Of a DNA stretch of 64,000 nucleotides, positions 1 to 13,300 are shown in pieces. Position 1 is the first letter of the stretch, and each line of letters starts with the position of its first letter. The notes below the pieces were generated by a model that was not told the DNA's origin, made no database searches, and worked only from the letters and a program-made list of their open reading frames with translations. A program made the position numbers and the translations under genes. This DNA comes from Laetmonice hystrix (lineage: Eukaryota): the NCBI GenBank assembly GCA_965235115.1, contig OZ249436.1, positions 10,354,001 to 10,418,000 of the forward strand, in the 5' to 3' direction.

Positions 1-1864
1 GCGGGATTAGATAATCAAGTCTTCCCTGAAAGTGCGTCACGATGCTGTGATTGTCTGCAGCCAACATGAGAGACATGTTCGAGTCTGATCTTTTAAATTG
101 CCTTTTTCCCTGTCTCGCTTTTCTTCGACAAACAAAATAAAGGGACCTTGGGGTGGCATGGCGTTTTTCCCTAGCTGACATGTATCCTTGGACATGTGTT
201 GTCAGGAGATGTGATGTATTGGGTAAATTGTTCCATTTTCAGAGCTGTTGCATCCTGGGCCGCTGATCGGCAATTTCAACTCCCCGCGGACGGTGTGCAT
301 ATGCAAACGCTCTCCCCATCCACGCACTCAATTGCATGGTGCACGAAAAACACTGCCATTGGAAAATGAAGATTACACCCAACATATGGCGAAATGCCGG
401 TGTCTCAAGAGAGCTTCGACACTTCTACACCGCTCTCATAATCTCTGAGGATTTGGCCATTGTGCACTCCACATTTGCAGCTTTATCTCGCCAACTGTAG
501 GATAACACCAAACCTGCCCCCGCTCAATCTTCTAGCTTTATCCCAACCCCGTAGTTTTAAGTCTGGCCAGCGCATATTTTTGTGGAGTATTGAAAGTGAT
601 GATGGTAGTGAAATCTATGCATGGCAGGCGCCATATTGTGCCATTCATTACCCCCGTGACCAGCAATCCCCCGAGCCTTGCTGCCATTGCACTGTAATGC
701 ACGATAATTCCCCGCTACTTCATCCCAAGATTATTTATCTTAACAATGAGTCATTACACACCCCCGATGAATGGCAAATGACCATGAGATTATCAAAACA
801 AATGCATTCTCTATTCCCGCCAGTGCAGCTGACAGACCCTCAAAGACCCTGCTTAACCCTGGTAAGCCTTTTATATGAAACAATGACTCGGTTCACTCCA
901 TTGTGCAAGCCTCGAAAATCTTCCCACACTTCCTCCAATAATCCACGATTTAAAATACTTTAACGCACCAGAGTAATTGGGTACTTTACCGGTATCACTG
1001 TAAGTCCCCCTGGGCATGGCAGTCATGCCTCAATGGCAATCACTAGTTTGCCTCTTTTTATCAATAAGTGATATTAAATGTAAATAGCCTGATTAGGAAG
1101 TAATGATTTAAATGATTGAATTAAAATGAACTTGTTAATGGTCCATAAAGATCTGCCGTGTGATATTGATAGATGTATTATTATAGGACCCGCTACTAAA
1201 ATCTCCAGTAAGCGGTCTGTGATGTCAGTTGCCTTGAGCCACCAGCTCTGCCAACCTTGTAATTGAGCCATGAATTTAACAGCATATTGCGTGTTTCTCT
1301 ACATTTGGACGGGCTCTGAGTTATGTTAGGTTAGCCCCCGGGCAATCCCGGGAAGAAATCGAGTGGTGGAGCCTTGCTCCTAGCTGAACGCCGTGTTATC
1401 AAATGTTATTTCTGGGAGCGATACACATCTATCGTGTGCAGACACGTGCATTGAGGCGGAAACAATGGGTATTATAGTGTGGACGATCACAAACTGTACA
1501 GTTGATAACCTGCAACACACTGAATATCGAACGGGTACCTGTTGGGAGGACGGGCCGAGTTTTATAGAACAGTATATTTGAATTCACTACTCTATTCACA
1601 CTTTCATGCCCGGAGCTTTCCTCCGTATAAGATCCATATCCTATACCTTCCAGACACACAAAAATCAAATTACAAAAATGGAAATGAGACTATCAGATGG
1701 GGTAGTGAGAAGATCTCTAGGGATGGTACCGTCCCCAACCTGCACAGTCTGGGTGAAGGTTAGCTTTTACTCAGCTCCTGTGTGAGCGGTTTGTGAGTCA
1801 TTCCTTGATCAAACTCCGTATCTTCGTATTCCTGACATCGTCCACATAAACAAGACAAACTTAC

Positions 1865-2048
1865 TGTGTCCGCAGGGTGAAAGCTGCGCTGGTGATGGAG
1901 GATGGCAGGTTGAGACCTTTTGTTATTTCGCGCCATAACTTCTTGTTGATTACTTCTACTAAACCGCCTTTGGAGACAACCAGCCGGAACAGCTCGTAAA
2001 GATCTAACGTCTGCTTGGCCATGATGGGGATCCGGTTGACAGGTGTCC
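1865..2048 (-). CDS. ARID3: Internal coding exon of an ARID3 family transcription factor (dead ringer/retained/Bright), ARID domain core
   Basis: The minus strand reads ttgattcctttcag|GG ACA CCT GTC ... CGG ACA CA|gtaagt (184 nt, phase 1 in, phase 2 out). It translates to (G)TPVNRIPIMAKQTLDLYELFRLVVSKGGLVEVINKKLWREITKGLNLPSSITSAAFTLRT(Q), the highly conserved ARID3-subfamily sequence. Both splice sites are canonical. The ORF track misses this frame. Confidence 0.97.
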
Positions 2049-2341
2049 CTGAAAGGAATCAAAATAATCATGTGCTAGAGTTTATCATGTGAAAGAATAT
2101 AAAAAAAAAACAGTCTAGACATTGTATATATCAGTGTGTTATATAATTGTGTTGGGATCAAGGCGTGGAATCACAATGAGAACCAGTATATATACAGTCA
2201 GAAGGACAGTCGGCAATATTTTACAACACAATAAGGTTCCATTATTGCACGAAATAATATAATGGTATAACTGGCAACTCCCGCTACTAAAGTGTTCCCT
2301 TTTTCACCCATTACAAGAAAATGGCAACGCCTATTATTCAG

Positions 2342-2405
2342 CCGGTCGGGTTATGAGGCTTACTGACGGTGCCACCCTCCGGTCGGGTTATGAGGCTTAC
2401 TGACG
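2342..2405. repeat. Direct duplication of 27 bp (period 37)
   Basis: ccggtcgggttatgaggcttactgacg at 2342-2368 and 2379-2405. Confidence 0.9.
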
Positions 2406-2938
2406 CCCCCCCCCCTCCACCCCCTCCCCCATTATGAAAGCGGCAAGGTTTTTACAATCACGATATCATGCGCGGCTACATGGCCATGCATACAAAAACC
2501 CAATGTCCCATTAAAACTGACATTCACAGCGTCTTCCTACCTCAATTGTATTTGAAAAAACAAACCGGTGTCACCCTAAACAATAATAAAATAAACACGC
2601 CCACTCCTGCCGCGATTCTATCCAACCGTTTCTTTATAGACAGCAGCCGTGCAGGATTGAGCTCCAATAGCAAACGTAAGTTCTCGCAAACAGATGCCAC
2701 TCTCACAACCTAACCTCTCCCACACACATCCCTCGCCACAGGCTCAATGCCAATCTGAGGTCATCATTTCTATGACTGCTGCAAGCCGCGATAAAACCAA
2801 GGCATATTTTTGGATACATTTCCTCAAAGTTGGACGATAAAATCTTATCATTGAGAACACTCTGCGGGCGAACATGAAGCTGAGACTTGAGCACATGCTA
2901 ACTGAAACCGTGCTCATGGTCGACTGGAACCTCTCAAC

Positions 2939-2939
2939 A

Positions 2940-2970
<31 letters not shown>

Positions 2971-3018
2971 CCTCCTCCTCCTCCTCCTCCTCCTCCTCCT
3001 CCACCTCCTCCTCCTCCT
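2939..3018. repeat. Compound trinucleotide microsatellite (CTG)n-(CTC)n
   Basis: About 9 CTG units followed by about 16 CTC units with one CAC interruption; gives the poly-L and poly-E/Q ORFs in the track. Confidence 0.95.
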
Positions 3019-4783
3019 GGCGCCACACAGTCACCACACCTCTTTAAATCTCAACGGCTCGTGGGACAGTCACCAAGGCGACGACATTTCTATCTGCAGC
3101 TTACCGGGAGAGAGGGAGAGAGCTTGGGGGAAATGGAATCTTGAATTGAGGGGATTTCTTTTCTTCATTTGGGGAAGTGTAAGACCGAGCAGTATTATAC
3201 TCCTTGCATCCAACAGTTGCTAATCACCAATATGCCATAATGGAAATATAAGACTGGAACGTATGATGTATATCTCTATTATCATGTCGTTCTTGGAAGT
3301 TAAAATACCTATACTGTTTAAAAAAATAATAATGTAGGTTTTAAAGTCCGTGCCAGTCTGATAATTATTTTTATAGAGACATATAATTTAGGATAGATAA
3401 ACAAAATAACAGTCTCCATGTATGCGTGATGCAGTGACGACTTCAGTCGAGCCATAACTAATGTAAACCACATGGAATAGATGCCTTTGTAGCGGAGGAA
3501 TGAAAAAGTAGTAGCAACAGGTCGTCATCAAAGAGGGCCACTATGGGACCATGTCGACTAACGTCACGTGTATTCAATTCAGACCTCTGCCCTGTTAAAT
3601 CCATACATCACACGGTCTAACCTTGTCTCCAGCTCAAATCATTCTCCAAGCTATGAATACATCCTATCAGTTATTACTTGTTATAAAGTGTGCAATGATC
3701 ATTCCTTGAGTGCCTTTCAGTGACAAGGTCAGCCTCTTTTATTCTCTGGCGACCTCTCTATTTTAATATATGTGCTCCTTTGTTGTCAAATCGAGCCAGC
3801 AGTCCTTAACTGCTTTTATTGCAGTGAAGGCATCCATGTCAGCAACACCGAAGTTCAAATTACAGCCCCAGAGTGCCCGCCATTTCAAACATCCCACACG
3901 ATCAGCATGCAAAAGTAGCGATGATAGGTGGAGATATCCTCCATATTAGCCCCCCTCTCTCCTACTTGGGCACCCTACCGTGACCACATTCCAATCACAG
4001 TGAAATTGCCCTAACAATAGTCTTTCATCCCAGTTCACATATCATATACATTGTTGGTATGTCATCATTCAAGGCTGGTACTCATAACCACTGACTTTCC
4101 AGAAAAAGAAACTAATAGTCAAGTTTTTGTCCAGCGAGCAATATCATTGACCAGTCTAATCCGCCTGAAAACACAGGTTGTGTGCTGTGAAATGACACTC
4201 TGTCTCCCATAAATAAAAGCTGGCCCCCAGTGCCTTTGAACTCGGAACCATTTGTCACAAATGCACCTATCATCTATGTCAGAGTGCAATTATATGCAGC
4301 AAAACTCCGCGTCCACAAACAGTGTACTCTTGTTCACGGCTGCATGATATTCGGGGGCCTTAACCGGCCGCTATCCACATTTATAGTGTGACCCTCAGGG
4401 TCAGCTATGTCAAACCCTGCAAGAAACCTGTAGTTATAGAGGACTGGCAACAGTCTATAGGCAATCACGTCAGTCTGATAGGTCAGCAACACAGGCCCGC
4501 CATTGTCACTGCAAATTTCAGTGTTAGAATTTGTTTGTGCAGCCTTGCTGTGAGGCGATGCTGTCCCGATAAAGAGGACGAATTGGAAGGGGTAGGGGGT
4601 TGCGGTAGAAAGGTGGGGGGTTGGGGCTAGTGGGGTAGGGGGTGGGGTTGGAAGGGGCGGGGGGCAGGGAAGTTGTCGCGGTCCTACTCCTAACATCGCC
4701 GTCTTCCTGTTGTCTGTTGACGCCTCCTGCAGCACCTGTTTCCTCTGCTCGCATCTCATTATAACCAAATCACATATTATAGC

Positions 4784-4853
4784 ACAGGGGCGGCCTTCTG
4801 TTATTGATGGGTTAACATACAGGGGCGGCCTCCTGTTATTGATGGGTTAACAT
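4784..4853. repeat. Tandem duplication, 2 x 35 bp
   Basis: acaggggcggcc(t/tc)ctgttattgatgggttaacat repeated head to tail. Confidence 0.9.
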
Positions 4854-6112
4854 ATACGATACCCTCCTCCTTGTTTGGCCAGTTGTCAGCTATATGACAG
4901 GTCAACGTTGTCATTTCATTTTATTATGAAAAACAGCAGTCTAAAAATCTATCTTTGACACTTTGTTTTCAATGGGGTTCTTTCAGTTATGCACAACGTG
5001 GGAAGATAATTACAATTTTTTTGATCAGCTATACAAAATGCGTCACACCCATTCTTCAGCCAGTAAAAGATCAGTTTGTGCAGTCTTGCACGGATGTTGA
5101 CCAACTTTCACAAAAAGGACGTGTCATATAAAATAAGATTAATTTCAACTTTTTTTTCTTTTGTCAATATAGGGCTAATATTAAATATCCAGGGTTCATG
5201 TCTGTGGGGCAGTAAACCGTTACAAGGCTCTCATCTCTCGGACCAGTGGTATTTGTAACGGGCCCCCTCATTACGCGTTCTTCACTCGTACTTAGGTCCA
5301 TGATGACATGTTCCGACGACAGGGCCAGATTCACTGTCAACCTCTGGTGTTAACTGTCTGTCACTCTTTTGTTACTTACTGAGGCAAACCAAACATCTCC
5401 ACCTCCTAAAATTACATGCATTTGTTTGGTTTTTGCTGCTGCTCTGATCTGTCTTCACTCGAGGAGGAAACATAGACACAGTCAGTGGGTGTTGATGTAG
5501 TATTCAACCATACAGTCAGGCCAAGCGACAGAATGAAAAGGACACTTTTCAAGTTTTAATAGAGGGTTTACTTCATCCTTTGATAAGTTTCCTGTGACAT
5601 CAAAGTTGACACTGTAGCAGTACATTTGTTTATGCTGAAATGCTCTGGTAAAACATCACAATATCTAAAGTTGATTCATGGAGGTTTTTATACGATACTC
5701 TATCAACTGATTACACCCTTACTCCTACATCTATTGTATATGTGCAAGCGTTGGTCCGTTCTTGTTGTACCCCTCCATTTCCACACGTGTGGTTGCACCT
5801 GTATGTTTGTGATCAAACCGTATATTTCTTCTTTTATTCAACCCTACACGCTTGTCATAGATCACGGTAAACTATGATTTGTTCAGTGTTGCCTTATATG
5901 GTCCCAGCCATCAGGATTTCTAGTTGTATCAATAAAAAGTTGACGACAATGAAAGCAGGTCTGTTCTGAGTTGTACATGGACGTGGAGGCCTTTTTGGTC
6001 ACAACAATAATTACAGTGTCCGCTCATCGCATCAAAGGGCCGTCCTTTCTACCCCATCTCTTTACCGTCCTAATCTACAGCCCATCTGTGATCAGGAGCC
6101 GTATACCTGCCA

Positions 6113-8430
6113 CCCCCCACATCGTACATGGACGGCCAGCCCGCCTGCCGGCCCCCACAGTACCCAACCCCACATCGTACATGGACGCCCAGCCCGCCCG
6201 CCGGCCCCCACAGTACCCAACCCCCACATCGTACATGGACGGCCAGCCCGCCCGCCGGCCCCCACAGTAACCAACCCCCACATCGTACATGGACGGCCAG
6301 CCCGCCGGCCGGCCCCCGCAATACCCAACCCCACATCGTACATGGACGGCCAGCCCGCCGGCCGGCCTCCACAATACCCAACCCCACATCGTACATGGAC
6401 GGCCAGCCCGCCTGCCGGCCCCCACAGTACCCAACCCCCACATTGTACATGGACGGCCAGCCCGCCCGCCGGCCCCCACAGTACCCAACCCCCACATCGT
6501 ACATGGACGGCCAGCCCGCCGGCCGGCCCCCACACTACCCAACCCCCACATCGTAATGGACGGTCAGCCCGCCCCCACAGTACCCAACCCCCACATCGTA
6601 CATGGACGGTCAGCCCGCCGGCCGGCCCCACAGTACCCAACCCCCACATCGTACATGGACGGCCAGCCCGCCCCCACAGTACCCAACCCCCACATCGTAC
6701 ATGGACGCCCCCCCCCCCCCACAGTACCCAACCCCCACATCGTACATGGACGGTCAGCCGGCCGGCCGGCCTCCACAATACCCAACCCCACATCGTACAT
6801 GGACGGCCAGCCCGCCCGCCGGCCCCCACAGTACCCAACCCCACATCGTACATGGACGGCCAGCCCGCCGGCCGGCCCCCACACTACCCAACCCCCACAT
6901 CGTAATGGACGGTCAGCCCGCCCGCCGGCCCCCACAGTACCCAACCCCACATCGTACATGGACGGCCAGCCCGCCGGCCGGCCCCCACACTACCCAACCC
7001 CCACATCGTAATGGACGGCCAGCCCGCCCGCCGGCCCCCACAGTACCCAACCCCACATCGTACAAGGACGGCCAGCCCGCCGGCCGGCCCCCACAGTACC
7101 CAACCCCACATCGTACATGGACGGCCAGCCCGCCGGCCAGCCCCCACAGTACCCAACCCTCACATCGTACATGGACGGCCAGCCCGCCGGCCGGCTCCCA
7201 CAGTACCCAACCCCCACATCGTACATGGACGGCCAGCCCGCCGGCCGGCCCCCACAGTACCCAACCCCACATCGTACATGGACGGCCAGCCCGCCCCCAC
7301 AGTACCCAACCCCACATCGTACATGGACGCCCCCCCCCCCCCCCACAGTACCCAACCCCCACATCGTACAAGGACGGCCAGCCCGCCGGCCGGCCTCCAC
7401 AATACCCAACCCCACATCGTACATGGACGGCCAGCCCGCCGGCCGGCCCCCACAGTACCCAACCCCACATCGTACATGGACGGCCAGCCCGCCGGCCGGC
7501 CCCCACAGTACCCAACCCCACATCGTACATGGACGGCCAGCCCGCCGGCCGGCCCCCACAGTACCCAACCCCACATCGTACATGGACGGCCAGCCCGCCC
7601 GCCGGCCCCCACAGTACCCAACCCCCACATCGTACATGGACGGCCAGCCCGCCGGCCCCCACAGTACCCAGCCCCCACATCGTACATGGACGGCCAGCCC
7701 GCCCGCCGGCCCCCACAGTACCCAACCCCCACATCGTACATGGACGGCCAGCCCGCCGGCCGGCCCCCACAGTACCCAACCCCCACATCGTACATGGACG
7801 GCCAGCCCGCCGGCCGGCCCCCACAGTACCCAACCCCCACATCGTACATGGACGGCCAGCCCGCCGGCCCCCACAGTACCCAGCCCCCACATCGTACATG
7901 GACGGCCAGCCCGCCGGCCGGCCCCCACAGTACCCAACCCCCACATCGTACATGGACGGCCAGCCCGCCGGCCGGCCCCCACAGTACCCAACCCCCACAT
8001 CGTACATGGACGGCGAGCCGGCTCCCACAGTACCCAACCCCCACATCGTACATGGACGGCTAGCCCGCCGACCGGCCCCCACAGAACCCAACCCCCACAT
8101 CGTACATGGACGGCTAGCCGGCCCCCACAGAACCCAACCCCCACATCGTACATGGACGGCTAGCCCGCCGACCGGCCCCCACAGAACCCAACCCCCACAT
8201 CGTACATGGACGGCTAGCCGGCCCCCACAGAACCCAACCCCCACATCGTACATGGACGGCTAGCCCGCCGACCGGCTCCCACATTACCCAACCCCCACAT
8301 CGTACATGGACGGCTAGCCGGCCCCCACATTACCCAACCCCCACATCGTACATGGACGGCTAGCCGGCCCCCACATTACCCAACCCCCACATCGTACATG
8401 GACGGCAAGCCCACCGACCAGCCCCCACAG
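6113..8430. repeat. GC-rich minisatellite array, ~52-54 bp unit, roughly 45 copies
   Basis: Consensus about ccccacatcgtacatggacggccagcccgccggccggcccccacagtacccaac, with shorter (~41 bp) and poly-C variant units; decays at ~8400-8480. It produces all the repetitive ORFs at 6070-8263. Confidence 0.98.
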
Positions 8431-10039
8431 CACGCTGAACCAAGTTCCTTACAGTACCCCACCCCATGCCGGTCCGGCCCCACCTGTGTGCTGTGTCGGG
8501 GGTGGGACGGGGGGAGGCCAGTTTTCAACATAATTCTTGTTTCTCATCAAGCTGTGCTCTGCTGCCTTATCAGACACCATGCCAGGCAATACTACTACTC
8601 TGTGTCTTTTCCCCACGGGGCTGGATATCTTTCCATGGGGCCATTGTTTGACCGTGCCACGACACCCGCTTCATTATCGATGGCATTCGGATACTTTTTT
8701 CCCTCCGTACCTCATTCGGTCAAGTCTCTATCATCTCATTCCATCTCCCCGTGTCATTTCACCTGGCAGTAGTTTTACAAAAATAGAAATCGTTACACCC
8801 CAAATCTTCTTTTGAAATGAACTCCAATCGAATCGTGGACGATTAAAATTATTGCTTGCATGACTTTTAAAACCGTCCTCATTGAGGAAATTGGAGTGTC
8901 CCTGTACTGCCTGACCTCTGTGACATTGAGAGTCAAAGCATCGAGAGCAACGAGACTTGTTTCATTTACCTCCGCAAACCTTAGAGATTTGCTTCATGTA
9001 ATGGGGACTATCTACTGTAGCTCAACCTCGTCCCAATTCAAAGTGGACAGAGCCGATACAACGGTGACCAGATTGACTGCTACACTTTTTTTTCTCTGCC
9101 TCTATCTCTGTCTCTCTCACAACAATATACATAGAGGCAAGATATCCGTGGATACCGTTGTTTTCTTTTGTATCCGACCAACTTATTCCCACACTGATAT
9201 AAGGCTACTTCCCCATGATTACTTCCTACAAATAACCATTCATCAAATAATTGTGATCATTCAGCGTGTCCAAAAAAAAAGACTGGTCATTTAGCCGAAT
9301 AACTGCGGCCAGTCCAACAACCCCGTGCAGCCTGGAGTTCACATTTCATCACAGACAGCCCCCCCCCCCTCCCTCCACCTAATACTCGCAGTGCCTGTGC
9401 ACCCACCACGTACCACATTCATCTCAACAATAGATTCATCCACCTGTAATTGCAGCTGTTCTTGTGACCGCTAACCAAACAAAATTAGCTCAAGTATCTA
9501 ATTTCTGGTGTTTTTCCCAGAATTGCACGCTGCCTGAAATAGTGCAGGAATCCATGTCTCAATCACCATGGCCAGGTCAGACCGTAATCCGGCTGGCTTT
9601 GATTGCTCCCTGACCTTTGTGACCACTATCCCTGATCACGACATCTAGTAAATCTTGGAGACCACGTGACCTGGGGTATTTCTTTCCGTCATGACGTGGC
9701 TGAGTAAGGACTGGTAAGTATGGAAGACGAGAGATGGAGAGACGGAGAGGGGACCTCCACGGTGACACATGTAGGCTTCAATTATCCACAGATTCTATTC
9801 CGATATATCTACTAGACAGAAGGCAATAAAATCCAGACTTAGGGCAATTCTTTACGTTTGGGTTGCACTACGCCAAGCTGTTGTGAAGTCACCTAAGTGC
9901 TATCACTTACCCCCTTGTCCGCACCAATAAATCTTTTAGTTCTTGATCTAATGACCTTCTTATTGTTGCTAGAAGGCGTCAATGTTATGTAATCACGACT
10001 TTTGATACGGTACCTTTACCGACCACCCTTTGTGCCAAT

Positions 10040-10360
10040 GCTGGGGCCCCAACGCCTCCTCGCAGGAAAAACCCACTCAGATCCAATTTGGACACTCGTA
10101 TTCAATAGAGAGCAATATCAAGTGCTAAATAGAGTTTAATGATCAAATAGATGGGAGTCACAAGTGCGAGTGTACAAAGGTGGGTTTCTCACGCTGGACA
10201 ATAGGACACCACAAGCTGGAGGGGGAGGTGGCAAAGCAGAACTCTATATGTAACATACTGGCACAACTGAAGATAGAGTATTTGGATGAACGAGCCAATT
10301 TAAATCAGTTTATAGACCTAAGTGTGTAACTATTGGTGGAAGGGGTTTTATCATCAATTG
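10040..10360 (+). mobile_element. Decayed 3' end of an L1/Tx1-clade LINE ORF2
   Basis: Manual translation gives ISSAK*SLMIK and then NILAQLKIEYLDERANLNQFIDLSV*LLVEGVL, resembling the Tx1 C-terminus (LAKxxIW ... LxxEYxxxxxxxxLxxFxxxW). Motif resemblance only. Confidence 0.35.
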
Positions 10361-13300
10361 GCCTAGCTGTAATCCCTAGATCCACGACAAAGATCAACGA
10401 GTTCATTTCTACAGAAGTACAGAAGTACCCCTAACCGAACTCTCTTTGAGGTAGCTTTATGAGACCATGACACGTCTATGTCTAATGGAGCTTCACTCAA
10501 GCTTCATTTTAGAGCTTCAGTGGCAAAAATGTTTTGGTCCTCAATCTACAACCAAACATGAGAGCCGCAATATATGCTCCCTTTCTGCATTTGGATTTCT
10601 AGTTCGATTCGATTCTTTTGTGATCGTATCACTCTTGCGTTAATAAAAATAAGTAGTTATTCGTATATTTCTAATAGTATAGAGCGAAAGATTTAAGTTT
10701 CTCAAACCAACAGGGCAATTATTTAAAAGCAAAGTTTTAGATTTATTTCACAGAAACAAGAATCATGAAAACATCAAGAGTACCCGGATGTTACTGATTA
10801 GGTAGGAAGCTCTTTCCTTGCCACAACTTCCGGGATGTTTTTAATTCTGATAACATGAGCTTTTGACATCACAAATGTTGATTTAAAGGGCAAAATCTAA
10901 TCCCATATCATGCGAAACCGAAATTACTCTGAAAGTGGTGGTGTAAACTTCATTCATCCACTTACTTTAATTTACCTAGTGTTTGATGTGTCGACCAGAT
11001 GGGGACATTCCATGTTGTCACCTCCCAGTATATCGTCGACACCCCAGTCAACCTGCCAGAATGGTCATTATGATGCCATATTAATAACACCCTCCAGCTA
11101 TTGGCAATAGTTAACCTCTCAGTTTGTAGGGTTAAACTTGGTCCCGTGACGCTGTCACCTGATTATATCCGTGTATCAAATCTATTGACACAATAATTAA
11201 GATTTTTGTCGGTCGGACCATCAACGTAATGGGACCAGCGAATATTAATTGAGAAAAGGCGGGTGAAATATGACGAGCTGGTGGCGGACTTGCTGCGGGC
11301 TGGTGATCTATTTAAACTGAAATCTGGCTGGTTCCATCAGTTATTTATTTAGTCTCAGACATCAGCTGTCACCCATGACATAGACGTTTCTATCTGGCCT
11401 TTCCTGGGGAGTGATTAATATTCAATTTGACGCCTCCCATGATGACCTGCAAACTCGCATACGATGCGCTTTTGTAGCTTAGATAAACAAATCAAGGCCG
11501 AACTGACAAACCTGACTTGGGTAATTATTCCCAATATATACGTTGATATCTTGACTGATTGAAGCAGTTGGTTTCCACGAACGGTGGCGGAGAACAGCCC
11601 GGGGTTTCCGAGAGATGGCACTGATGAATGTTACATGATGATATGAGTAATTATGCCGTCATTGTTAATTAGGCTGGCCCCCCACTGTCTATGGTTAGCG
11701 TGCTATGATCTGCCACCGAATGTCAGCCCGCGTTGCACACTTGAGTGCCATTCGTACCCTCCCCAAGTTGCCCCAGCCACGTTTTAGGCTAACCCCACTT
11801 GACAGCATTTGCTACAGGTAAACCCCACGGCAGTGACAACCCATACATGGAACAGCCCCTCGAGTGGCCACGGCTATCGTAACTGAATATCACCGTGTCA
11901 TCACCAAAAGATACACGGCTGTCTATTCTGAGGGCCAATACGCCCGTCAGCCCGACCTGTATACCATATGATATCCGATAGCCATCGCCTGCCTGAGCTT
12001 ACGATCGTCGACCAATCTGGGATCACCTCTGGCATGGCCCCGCGCGGCCGTAGATACATGAGTGTATTGTGGAGATATGGCAGTTTGTATGTAGAATGGA
12101 TGATGTTTTACTCTCAGTGTGAGATGCTGTGATGTGGCTGTCTGGAGGAGTAGAACAAGGGTCAGTAGCGATGCTCTGAGTGGCTGAGTAACCGGACGAG
12201 GTGTTGATGGCGGGCGGGGACAGAGCAAGCCACTGCTATAACAAAGATAGATAGGGCTTCTCACAGTCTGCTCATTATGACCACTGCTGATCGAAGGCCG
12301 TTATAGAACGCCATGTAGCGTCTACCCACCTGGATTGGGGTGGTCCTGGAACTCTCACCCCGATCCTACCAGATGATGAGGTAGAGGGAGGGGTTCATAC
12401 CATGTGTGCGGCCTGAGAGACGGTGGCAGTTCATGATGACGGTTACAGCCCTCACCCTTAATGATTAACATGTGCACCACAGGTTATACACCCAAATAAA
12501 AACCCACCGCACGGTAAGTAATACCAATAAAAATATATCAAATTTGATTCCAGACTGGGGTCCACGCAAAATTCAAAGTTTTTACCCTACCGCAGTTATT
12601 TTTCCAAGGGGAAAGATTATACTAATTCAGTTTGAAGATTGATGGCACCTTGCGTGTACGGAGCGCCAGGAGCCAAGTCTTCACACTCAAGGTGTGAAAA
12701 GGTTAGGAGAAATTCCTGATAGGACGTTTTTTTTAATTCTTAACCTTTTTGTTGCTAAGCCATAAGTGTATATAGCACTTTGTGTAGTCTCATGCAGGAG
12801 ATGCAGAGACACGTTTTTTCCCTCACATATTTGGATAAAAAACCCGTCATGTGGTGACAGTCTGCTCAGCTGGCAGGCATGTCATTTTGTTTGCTGTCAT
12901 TATCATGTGCATCCTACTGGGGAGGGGCAGGAAAACACGGAACATGTGAGCGACATTAAAGACAGGATAGATCCATTCATGTCAGACCTATTCTGTTTAT
13001 CTGAATCTCTCAGTCCTGAAGTAAAGTTTGCCAAGAAAACAGTATTTACAGGCACAACATTAACTGCACAGGTACTGAACAGATGCACGTGCTTGCATTT
13101 CTCTATAGGGACTTTTGGGTAAACGACAGTCCTCACTCTGTGGGAATAACTTTTTTTGTGTGGGAATAACTTGTTTGGGGTAACGATGATGAGATATGAT
13201 GATGATATGATATGATGATGATGAGATTATTATACTCAAAACATGACTTCTGACAGATTGATTTTCAATTCTCTTTTCTTAATAATCGGGTATTTCCGTA

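Noticed and set aside
1760-2071. 103-aa minus-strand ORF in the track overlapping the ARID exon
   Set aside because: It is the shifted (shadow) frame of the real exon; the ARID3 protein is in another frame bounded by splice sites.
2744-3037. Poly-E/poly-Q ORF as a possible acidic N-terminal ARID3 exon
   Set aside because: An in-frame TAA lies just upstream, there is no acceptor or pyrimidine tract before it, and the downstream residues show no ARID3 similarity. It is a microsatellite artefact.
6070-8263. Long Pro/Gly/Cys-rich ORFs up to 553 aa
   Set aside because: They occur in nearly all frames on both strands because the tandem unit lacks stops; no splice or codon evidence.
9840-9880. Minus-strand QLGVVQPKRKELP* resembling ARID3 DPKRKEFL
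   Set aside because: A stop follows immediately, with no FLDDLF/MQKR and no donor; chance match.
12680-12698. Short hairpin ttcacac-tcaag-gtgtgaa
   Set aside because: A 7-bp stem is expected by chance in 64 kb; no Helitron CTRR end was recognised nearby.
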